Positions 1 through 7,861 of a stretch of DNA of 59,012 bases are shown piece after piece; the first letter of the stretch is position 1; every line of letters begins with the position of its first letter. Made by a program: the position numbers and the translations under genes. The stretch is from Candidatus Moraniibacteriota bacterium (GTDB lineage Bacteria; Patescibacteriota; Minisyncoccia; Moranbacterales; UBA1568): positions 1 through 59,012 of the forward strand of contig CAITOC010000012.1 in NCBI GenBank assembly GCA_903893925.1. Reading direction: 5' to 3'. The notes below the pieces were generated by a model, which searched no databases, was not told where the DNA came from, and saw only the letters and a list, made by a program, of their open reading frames with translations.

Positions 1-156
1 TCTGGAAGAACTCCCATTTTTGTTGTACGATGTTCATAGGACAAGACTTTTGTGTTAGTTTTTGCGGGCGTGGTACCCCTATTCTAACAGAAGGTCTTGT
101 TTTTGTTTTGGGAAAGCCTTGGGAAGTGCAGGCACTTCAGTCGAAAAACATAGTCG

Positions 157-184
157 AAAAACAGCCATCTCAGGCTGTTTTTCT
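157..184. terminator. Bidirectional intrinsic terminator-like hairpin
   Basis: Stem acagcc-N6-ggctgt extended by A5/T5 arms. It lies about 195 nt downstream of the lexA stop on the minus strand. Confidence 0.45.
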
Positions 185-378
185 TATCAATAGTATCTCA
201 ACGTATTCTTTCACTTCCTCGTTCCCATACTTTTCACTTTTTAGTTTACACCTCCTCTTTATCCTTCTAAAACTAAGCTTTAGGACAGCACTCCTCCTAA
301 AGCCTAGTTTTAAACTTTCCTATTTTTCACCCCGTAAAATCGCAAGGAGCGATCACGGGGAATGCTTTACGTTTCCAG

Positions 379-1032
379 CTATCCATTCACGCGCAATACA
401 TCGATCACCTTGCCGTTGATCACGAAATTGTCCTCATCCGTAAGGAAGATCGGCCGGTGTTTCTTGTCCGATGATTCCGGCAGAAGAGCGATATTGCGGC
501 CATCGACCGAGCGGAACGTCTTGACCGTCGCCAGCCCATCGATAACCACGAGCACCTTGTCACCGTTATCATAGTGTTTCCATGTCGAATCGACGAGGAT
601 GAAATCCCCGTCCCGGATCGTCTTGCCATTCACCTTGGCACGGTTCATGGATGTCCCCGAAACCTGGATTGCGAACACATTGCGAGAATCACGTACGATA
701 CGCTTGGACACCTTGATATACCCCTCAACGAACTGGTCGGCGAACATCGTCGCGGCTCCCGCGTTCGCCATACCGAAGACCGGCACATCGAGGAATGATT
801 TGCCTGTCACCTCCTTGAGCCGGATACCACGATTCTCCGCGGTCCGTTCAATGAATCCCTTGCGCTCAAGCTCATTGAGATAGAGGAAAAAGCTCCGCAA
901 GCTCTTGAGCTTGAGTCCAAGCGTACCAGTTCGTTCCTGCAGTTCACGGACGGTCGGCATCTCCCCTTTCTCCGAAAAGAAATCCTTGATCGCCTGCAAG
1001 ACGATCTGTTGCTTGGGTGTGAGCAGTTCCAT
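379..1032 (-). CDS. lexA: LexA repressor (S24 autopeptidase)
   Basis: ORF 379..1149 trimmed to Met40 (MELLTPKQQIVL...). It has an N-terminal winged-helix region, an Ala-Gly cleavage context (FGMANAGAA), the Ser nucleophile in GTSM and a Lys in ATVKTF. Confidence 0.9.
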   Translation of the reverse strand: MELLTPKQQIVLQAIKDFFSEKGEMPTVRELQERTGTLGLKLKSLRSFFLYLNELERKGFIERTAENRGIRLKEVTGKSFLDVPVFGMANAGAATMFADQFVEGYIKVSKRIVRDSRNVFAIQVSGTSMNRAKVNGKTIRDGDFILVDSTWKHYDNGDKVLVVIDGLATVKTFRSVDGRNIALLPESSDKKHRPIFLTDEDNFVINGKVIDVLRVNG

Positions 1033-1044
1033 ATATTTTCTGTT

Positions 1045-1091
1045 TACTTCTCTTACATAGAGAAGTATATAGCAATAAGAAAGCTTGTCAA
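1045..1091 (-). promoter_or_regulatory. lexA promoter with overlapping inverted repeat (candidate SOS box)
   Basis: Minus strand reads TTGACA (1086..1091), a 16-nt spacer and TATACT (1064..1069). The 23-nt inverted repeat TACTTCTCT-N5-AGAGAAGTA (1045..1067) overlaps the -10 and the expected transcription start site (TSS). Confidence 0.5.
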
Positions 1092-1151
1092 ATATGGCTT
1101 TTATAAAGCATTTCTTATAAGATATTTTGCATCGATTGTTCGTTTTCACTT

Positions 1152-1312
1152 AGAGCCTATCCCAATAGGGTCTCCGTCACGAGCCGTATGAGCTTCGAGC
1201 GGAAAGGCGGGTAACCAGCGGAGCCCTATCTGTAGATAAGGCGACAAGGGGTACACGCGTTTACGCCGAAGATCATAGGCGCAGTAGGTATGTTCCTATT
1301 GGGATAGGCTCT
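1152..1312. other. 161-nt element closed by a perfect 18-bp inverted repeat (structured RNA or MITE-like element)
   Basis: agagcctatcccaatagg (1152..1169) is the exact reverse complement of 1295..1312. It encloses a GC-rich ~125-nt core in a non-coding gap between two minus-strand genes. Confidence 0.35.
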
Positions 1313-1356
1313 TAACAGGCGACGAGGGTTTCCGCGACTGACATCGGGTTTCGACT

Positions 1357-1394
1357 ATAAAAATACAGCCTCTGGATTATTTTCCAGAGGCTGT
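1357..1394 (-). terminator. Intrinsic terminator of the M16 peptidase gene
   Basis: 11-bp stem acagcctctgg/ccagaggctgt followed on the minus strand by a T-run, 12 nt after the stop at 1406. Confidence 0.8.
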
Positions 1395-1405
1395 CGGGAA
1401 CGGGA

Positions 1406-2680
1406 TTATCCCGTTATCGCTTTGACCGTCACCGGCTCGTGTGAGAGAAGATAATTCCTCCATCGGAACACTCTCTCTACCGTAAGCTCATCAGCAATAC
1501 TTTCCCAGTAATGGTGTGTCTTCAGTTTTTCATCAATCGTGAAGACATCTGGCAAGCGTCTACAGGTCTTGACCGCATCAGAATATTTGCATTGCCTCAC
1601 CATCTGTCGACGACATTGTCTTTCATAGAGTCGTTTCGGATCAAGTTCCTTCAATACCTTGTAAAAGGTCTCCGTCACCTCATCGAAATGTGACCGTGGC
1701 GTATGAACGACCAAAGAAAAGGTCCAGTAATGACTGTTTTGAATCACTTCACAGAGACCCACTTCATAAGTCAGACCCCGACCAACCCTCAATGACTCAA
1801 TCAACGGTGAGAACATATCGCCAGCCAATGAGTCTGCTAGAAACCATTGCGCATCGTCATCATGATCTTCTATTCCCCCATCATCAAACCAAGATACAAT
1901 AACACTATCCCTCGCAAAATTCGGATCAAAAATAGTGATATTCTCTCCGGGTTTCCTGATCGGTCCAGTGATATTTATATTCACCGGTTTGCCACATCGA
2001 ATATCTCTAAAACAATCATCGAGTGTTTCTTGTACCTTTTCGATATCCAGTTCCGAAAATGCGCCACCACAAATGAGGCGGATATTCCCCGTATGACAGA
2101 AACGTAAATAGAAATCACGAAGTCGTTCAGCAGTTATGTCCCTTATGATTTCAGGTTTTCCAATAACTGGATGCCCTATCGGATGGCCTTGTCCGAACAG
2201 CTCACAATCCCATGCTCTACTGAGATGAAAGCCACCAGACGAAAAATATCTTTCATATTCCCGAATAATGACATCAGATGTCAACTTGACGGACTTGGTG
2301 TCGATCTCCGGCTCACGGAGCAATCTGGAGAGAGCTTCTGCGCAGCGATTAAATCCACTTTTGGGAGCCGTGATACCGAGCACCATTTCCGTCTTCGTAA
2401 CGTATGCTGAAAATTGTCCAGCCATGTTCCACAACTCACGTGCCAATGATTTTCCATTCAAGGAATCCATAAACACATGTTCCATAAAGTGCACTATTCC
2501 CTGCTCGTTCTGTCGCTCGACGCAACTGCCGATGAGCGGAAGGAATGCGATAAGAATTCCTTCGTCATCAGTCAATAATTGTGGCCTCTGGCAATAAACG
2601 CTTATCCCGTTCCTCAAGTTATGCTCCTCAAATATCGAGTTGTCATACCGTGAGCGCGTCCCAAAATATGGAGTGTCCAT
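1406..2680 (-). CDS. M16 (pitrilysin/insulinase) family zinc peptidase
   Basis: Inverted zinc motif HxxEH (HFMEH) near the N-terminus and ~420 aa two-lobe length. Start set to Met25 (MDTPYFG) and is uncertain. Confidence 0.7.
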   Translation of the reverse strand: MDTPYFGTRSRYDNSIFEEHNLRNGISVYCQRPQLLTDDEGILIAFLPLIGSCVERQNEQGIVHFMEHVFMDSLNGKSLARELWNMAGQFSAYVTKTEMVLGITAPKSGFNRCAEALSRLLREPEIDTKSVKLTSDVIIREYERYFSSGGFHLSRAWDCELFGQGHPIGHPVIGKPEIIRDITAERLRDFYLRFCHTGNIRLICGGAFSELDIEKVQETLDDCFRDIRCGKPVNINITGPIRKPGENITIFDPNFARDSVIVSWFDDGGIEDHDDDAQWFLADSLAGDMFSPLIESLRVGRGLTYEVGLCEVIQNSHYWTFSLVVHTPRSHFDEVTETFYKVLKELDPKRLYERQCRRQMVRQCKYSDAVKTCRRLPDVFTIDEKLKTHHYWESIADELTVERVFRWRNYLLSHEPVTVKAITG

Positions 2681-2898
2681 GATGACTCTAGTTTTTGATT
2701 GTGAAAAAACTCTTGTCCATACCGAAAATTCTCGGACCAATAAGGCTACCACGTGCCATCGATACCGTCAATGGTCCAGATCGAAGTCATTCATACCGTG
2801 AGCTTTTAAAAAAGATGTCGTCGCAATCCGTCTGGCATTGGTATGCAAAAAAAAACGGCGACGCCATAAGGAATCGCCGTTTCGATATCGGTTCGGGT

Positions 2899-4179
2899 TT
2901 ACCGGCGACCGCGGCCGAAACTGCGGACATTCGGTCGGGCGACGGCACCAAGCCCCTCCTCGATGAAGGTGAGTGCGTTCCCCGTCTTCGTCCCGCGACC
3001 GGTACGTCCGATACGGTGGATATAATCCTCGTAGTTTTCCGGCAGGTCATAGTTGATGACATGGGACACATCCGGGATGTCGAGGCCACGAGCCGCGACA
3101 TCGGTCGCGACAAGTATCTGCAGTTCATCCTGGCTGAACCGGCGAAGTGCCCGTTCGCGCTGGCTCTGTGACTTGTCACCGTGGATCGAGTCCGAACGGA
3201 ACCCGTTTTTGACGAGTGCGGCCGAGAGGCTCTCGACACTGCGCTTGGTCTTGCGGAAGATGAGTACCTTCTTGAAATCCGGCTTCAAGAGGAGGTCGTG
3301 CAAGATATCGAGCTTCTGGTCCGAATTCTTGACCGTGATAACGTTCTGTTCGACGTTCTCCGAGGTCGCCCGGCTCTTCACCTCGACGGTGATCGGGTTC
3401 TTGAGAAATTTCTGTGCGAGGTCGCCGATCTCCTTCGGCATCGTCGCCGAAAAGAACAGCGTCTGCCGTTCTTCCTTCAGCATGCCGAGGAGCTCCTTGA
3501 TATCCTTGACGAAGCCCATGTCGAGCATACGGTCAGCCTCGTCGAGGACGACATTATTGAACGACGAAAGATCAAGCACTCTTCGTGAAATGAGGTCTTT
3601 GAGTCGTCCCGGCGTACCGATGACGAACTCCGGGTTTTTGGAAACAGCCGCGATCTGACGCGGAAATCCGGTTCCACCGATGACGATCGCCGATCGGAGA
3701 CCGAGCCCGCGTGAAAAATCGCGGAACTCCGATTCGATCTGAAGTGCGAGCTCGCGCGTCGGCGTGACGATAAGTGTCCGTTCGCCACGCTTACGGAACG
3801 CCTTGTCGATGAGTGGGAGGAGGAACGCGACGGTCTTGCCGGTTCCGGTATTCGCGATACCGATGATGTCGCGTCCTTCGAGCGCATACGGGATGGCTCC
3901 ATCCTGGATCGGCGTCGGATTCACATACCCCTTGGTATAGACGTTTCGCTTGAGGCTGTCATGCATCTTGAAATCCGCAAAACGATGTTTCGGATCGAAC
4001 GGTTCGGAATCCGTGGTTACGATCGCCTTTTTCACGAACCGCGTGATGTCGAGCAGCCGCGGATCGACTTGTTTCCTTCTGCCGCCGCCCCCGCCACGTC
4101 CAGCCGGACGACCGGCACCATACGGACGACCCGACCCCGCCTTCGAGATCAGACGTCTTTCCATACTCTTTCTCTGCAT
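2899..4179 (-). CDS. DEAD-box ATP-dependent RNA helicase with Arg/Gly-rich N-terminal tail
   Basis: Q-motif region, ANTGTGKT (motif I), PTRELA, DEAD, SAT and HRIGRTGR are all present. The N-terminus is rich in GRP/GGGGRR. Confidence 0.92.
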   Translation of the reverse strand: MQRKSMERRLISKAGSGRPYGAGRPAGRGGGGGRRKQVDPRLLDITRFVKKAIVTTDSEPFDPKHRFADFKMHDSLKRNVYTKGYVNPTPIQDGAIPYALEGRDIIGIANTGTGKTVAFLLPLIDKAFRKRGERTLIVTPTRELALQIESEFRDFSRGLGLRSAIVIGGTGFPRQIAAVSKNPEFVIGTPGRLKDLISRRVLDLSSFNNVVLDEADRMLDMGFVKDIKELLGMLKEERQTLFFSATMPKEIGDLAQKFLKNPITVEVKSRATSENVEQNVITVKNSDQKLDILHDLLLKPDFKKVLIFRKTKRSVESLSAALVKNGFRSDSIHGDKSQSQRERALRRFSQDELQILVATDVAARGLDIPDVSHVINYDLPENYEDYIHRIGRTGRGTKTGNALTFIEEGLGAVARPNVRSFGRGRR

Positions 4180-4296
4180 ACTGTAATTTCTTCAGGGATA
4201 GACCCTATGACTTATATCGGCACAAGATATGCCGGTTTCCCACCTGGAAAGTCACATGGGATATATCCCTGAAACTGTCGAAGTCGGAAGTACATA

Positions 4297-4325
4297 ATGA
4301 TAACACGGATGGTATTCCACGTCAA
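4297..4325 (-). promoter_or_regulatory. Sigma70-like promoter for the helicase gene
   Basis: Minus strand TTGACG (4320..4325), 17-nt spacer, TATCAT (4297..4302). This implies a ~110-nt 5' UTR. Confidence 0.5.
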
Positions 4326-4362
4326 GAAAAACGGAAAAGACAGCCTTTTCAGACTGTCTTTT
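4326..4362 (-). terminator. Intrinsic terminator of the DUF378 gene
   Basis: 9-bp stem aaaagacag/ctgtctttt with a T-rich tail on the minus strand, ~20 nt after the stop at 4381. Confidence 0.6.
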
Positions 4363-4380
4363 CGCCGAAAACCGGCCTCT

Positions 4381-4587
4381 CTACTCCTTTCGGAGCTTCG
4401 GGGACACGACTGCGACATAGACGGCGGAAGCGCCGACGAGGACGTAGACGATCCGTGAAAGTGCCGACAGGTTCCCGAAAATCAAGGCGACGAGGTCTAC
4501 CTTGAAGAGTCCGACCAAGGCCCAGTTCAGTCCTCCTACGATCAGGAGGATCACTGCGACCCAGTCCAGTGTTGAAAGTTTGTTCAT
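4381..4587 (-). CDS. DUF378-type small membrane protein
   Basis: ORF trimmed to MNKLSTLDWVAVILLIVGGLNWALVGLF..., the characteristic GxLNWxLVG two-TM pattern. Shine-Dalgarno (SD) sequence GGAGAGGAGGTG lies upstream. Confidence 0.75.
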   Translation of the reverse strand: MNKLSTLDWVAVILLIVGGLNWALVGLFKVDLVALIFGNLSALSRIVYVLVGASAVYVAVVSPKLRKE

Positions 4588-4694
4588 ACGAACACCTCCT
4601 CTCCCCTTGGAATATACCTCCCTGTTACGGCCTGAGTATAGCACGTTCCAGTATGTTATGAAAGTAAAAAACCGGATAGTGTCAACTATCCGGC

Positions 4695-5519
4695 TCATGG
4701 AACCTTCGGGAACAGTGTGCCGAGGTATGCAAGCGTCTCGCTGACCGCTTTCATATCACCCTGGCGAAGCTTTTTGAGAAAAACAAGCGTTGCCTTGACT
4801 TCATCAGACACTTTTGGAACCGTTTTCCGATTTTTTGATCGACGTTTCCTGGTCTCTTTCTGTATAGTCGCTATCGCTATATCGAGTATCGACCCGACAC
4901 CATCGACAGGCACATGAGAAATCACTGCATTCCGCATCGGTTTGCGGGACTCAGGTGACTTCTTCGGCTTCGAGGCAATGGGATTCCGTTTCCGTTTCTG
5001 TAAACCAGGCGTTTTGGTGAGCGATATCGGAACATGAACCACCTTCTCCAAAAGAATCGGGTTGATCGGTTTTGCCATGAATGACCGATTCTTATCGATA
5101 CCCGATCGGGAGGAACTGGATCCTTCCTGACGCTCAATCAAATCAGACGCCGAGCTATTGGGACTACTGGAATCCTGCCCGGTTCTTTTCCTTAATTCCA
5201 CAATCGATATGGAAATCGACTCGAATTCCGATGGGTCGGCTACGATTTCCGCGAAGATGGAATTTTCGTAATCCGTACCCGCCCCACATTGGGCATCGTT
5301 GATAAACCGCGCCACTTCATCTACCGTGCAGGAAATGAAATGATCCGCCATCTTCGGGTACAAGATAATGGCTCCTGTCTTCAATTGCAATCCGAAAAAA
5401 TCTCCGCTCTCCTCCTGCCAACAGAACACCGAGGCTGGCAACGGAGTCGCTTTCTCTCCTGTTCTTGTTTCCGGCCAAAACCGGAAAAGCGCTATTCTGG
5501 ACTTCTTTTGTCCGTCCAT
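4695..5519 (-). CDS. Hypothetical protein (Ser/Lys/Arg-rich central linker)
   Basis: Long ORF co-oriented with its neighbours. No recognisable motif. Confidence 0.5.
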   Translation of the reverse strand: MDGQKKSRIALFRFWPETRTGEKATPLPASVFCWQEESGDFFGLQLKTGAIILYPKMADHFISCTVDEVARFINDAQCGAGTDYENSIFAEIVADPSEFESISISIVELRKRTGQDSSSPNSSASDLIERQEGSSSSRSGIDKNRSFMAKPINPILLEKVVHVPISLTKTPGLQKRKRNPIASKPKKSPESRKPMRNAVISHVPVDGVGSILDIAIATIQKETRKRRSKNRKTVPKVSDEVKATLVFLKKLRQGDMKAVSETLAYLGTLFPKVP

Positions 5520-5613
5520 ATCCCACCTCCTGGTTTTTTTCGTTAAAGGACCGTTCTCTCTGATTCAAAGAAAGCAGGAAACTGACCGCCTGTCAATGAT
5601 GCCGGGGACCAAT

Positions 5614-7761
5614 TTATCGTCCGTTCAAAAGGGTCAACACGTATGTCTCGCCATCGGTAAAGAACGGGTCGCCGGAGAAGTTCTGACCGAGTACCGGATC
5701 GACGAAGCGAATCTTGTCCGACGAGGCGACGGTTCCCGCCGCGGAAAGATCTCCGAACAGCGTGTCGCGTTCAGTATCGATGTCCGGCGCGATCCGGTGC
5801 GTGACGAGCCATTTGATGCCCACGTCGAGACTCGCCGTCCCCACATAGACGGTGCTTCCATCCTCCGTCCGGATCGATGTCTTCCAAAACCGCGCATGAT
5901 GACGGGTCCGGACATTCCCATCGCCGGTCTGCTTCTGAAATCCGAAATCGTGCACGTGCGTATTCCAAAACGACGGTGTCATAGGGGCGCGCGGATAACT
6001 CGCCTTCGTGATCGATGCCTCCGCGAGCGTCGTCATATTGGCGATCGTCACCGGATCGGACAACTTCCATCCGGCAGACTCCATCGCGGCGACAAACAAA
6101 TCATCGTCATGTGCCACGATGATGAAACTCATCGGCTCCTGATGTGTCCCGGAAAACGTCTCGGAATAGTGCGGGAGGCCAAGTCGTCCGAAGGCTCCAA
6201 TGATATCATTTGAAACTTCCGTCTTCACCGTCCGGTCGACCGCCAGACGCGCCGGCTCATAGCGAAACCCCTGGAAGACATACCATGCCACAGGAATACA
6301 GAACGTCAGGGCGGTCATCGATCGGAGACGACGCATGGACCAAGGATGTGCAGTGGCCGTCACCTTGCGTTTCCGATGTTTCAACTCAACAAGGCTGACT
6401 CCGATGATGAGCCAGAGTGCCCCGAGCAGGTACCCACCCCAGACATCGCTCAAAAAGTGCACACCGAGATACAGTCGAGAAAGACCGACCACGGCGATCA
6501 CAGCAAGCGCCGAAAACAGTACGAGCGTCCGATACCGCTTCCGTCTCACGCTCCGTAAGAGGACATACGCCATAAAGCCGTAGAGTGCGACCGAGAGTGC
6601 CGCGTGTCCGCTTGGGAACGAGAACGATGGTTCGAGATAGTATGCGATTAACGGCCGTGGTCGAAGGATGATCCTCTTGCCGAGCGAAGCGAATAACTGG
6701 CTTCCGGCAAGGGTGACCAGAAATGGCAGTACAAAAGACCGGCGTTTCCACAAGGCGAGGACCGCCACAAACGCAATCGACAGGACGATAACGACATCTT
6801 GCCGCGCGAGGAGCGTGATCCACAAAAACGCACGAATGAATCCCGTATCCCGGAAAGCAAACATGAGATTGGCGACGCGCGCATCGACGAAGACGATAGG
6901 TTCGGCCGTGATGACGCCTTCGACGACGCCGGATAGGAGGAATATCAGCGCGACAGCCGCGACGGACAACAGCGTAAGCGGTAATCCGAAGAAATGTTTC
7001 CGATCGAAACGCCGTTTCGTGAATGCGACCGATTTCGGATATCGCTCGAAAAGCCGTTTCATGTCGGGATTATCCCCGATAGCGACGGCGATTGAACGGA
7101 GAAGAGACCGACACACCCTACCGAATGGACGAAGCCTTTTGACAATGAACCAGAGCACGACGAGCAGGAACACCGATACGAGGAGGAAGACCGACGCCCG
7201 AGTAAACCAGGTCTCGATCATTGTCGTAGCTCCTCCGAAAAAATAGCCCAAGGTCAAATGCGACCATGCCCACAGAAGGGAAGCGACCACATCCCACAAG
7301 AGGAATCGCGACCATCCCATATGAGACAGTCCTGCCACGAACGGGATGACCGGACGCAGAGGACCAACGAACCGTCCGAGGAAGATACTCTTCTCCCCGT
7401 GTGACCGGAAGAACGCCTTACCTTTTTCCTGATAGGACGGACGAAGAAACCGGTTTCCTTCCCGAAACAGGTTCTTGCCACGAAGACCGAGCTTATATCC
7501 GATGACGTCGCCAAGGATCGCGCCGATCGCGACGAACCACACCAGGGTCCTGAAATGAAACAATCCCTGCGACGCAAAGAACCCGAACAGGATGACCAGC
7601 ATCGTCCCCGGAAACATAAGCCCGACAAACGGCAAGGATTCCACAAATGAGAGACCGAATGCGATCCAATACCCGAAAACACCGACATGACCGATTGAAG
7701 GAAGGAATGAAGAGAAGAAATGCATACGATGCGTTCGTGATTGAAAAATCGGACATTTCAC
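5614..7761 (-). CDS. Triple-fusion membrane protein: DedA-like + PAP2 phosphatase + LssY-like C-terminal domain
   Basis: The N-terminal DedA-like TM region is followed by PAP2 motifs (KxxxxxxRP as LGKRIILRPRP, PSGH, SRLYLGVHFLSD). The C-terminal ~230 aa resemble the LssY_C family (RHHARFW...DIDTERD). GTG start, uncertain. Confidence 0.65.
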   Translation of the reverse strand: MKCPIFQSRTHRMHFFSSFLPSIGHVGVFGYWIAFGLSFVESLPFVGLMFPGTMLVILFGFFASQGLFHFRTLVWFVAIGAILGDVIGYKLGLRGKNLFREGNRFLRPSYQEKGKAFFRSHGEKSIFLGRFVGPLRPVIPFVAGLSHMGWSRFLLWDVVASLLWAWSHLTLGYFFGGATTMIETWFTRASVFLLVSVFLLVVLWFIVKRLRPFGRVCRSLLRSIAVAIGDNPDMKRLFERYPKSVAFTKRRFDRKHFFGLPLTLLSVAAVALIFLLSGVVEGVITAEPIVFVDARVANLMFAFRDTGFIRAFLWITLLARQDVVIVLSIAFVAVLALWKRRSFVLPFLVTLAGSQLFASLGKRIILRPRPLIAYYLEPSFSFPSGHAALSVALYGFMAYVLLRSVRRKRYRTLVLFSALAVIAVVGLSRLYLGVHFLSDVWGGYLLGALWLIIGVSLVELKHRKRKVTATAHPWSMRRLRSMTALTFCIPVAWYVFQGFRYEPARLAVDRTVKTEVSNDIIGAFGRLGLPHYSETFSGTHQEPMSFIIVAHDDDLFVAAMESAGWKLSDPVTIANMTTLAEASITKASYPRAPMTPSFWNTHVHDFGFQKQTGDGNVRTRHHARFWKTSIRTEDGSTVYVGTASLDVGIKWLVTHRIAPDIDTERDTLFGDLSAAGTVASSDKIRFVDPVLGQNFSGDPFFTDGETYVLTLLNGR

Positions 7762-7861
7762 CTACCAAGACAGTCTCACGTATTCCGGGGAATCACGCAA
7801 GCAGTCCGGGGACTTTCGACTTGATGCCTTTATGACTTTATAGACTTTCGACTTTATCTCT

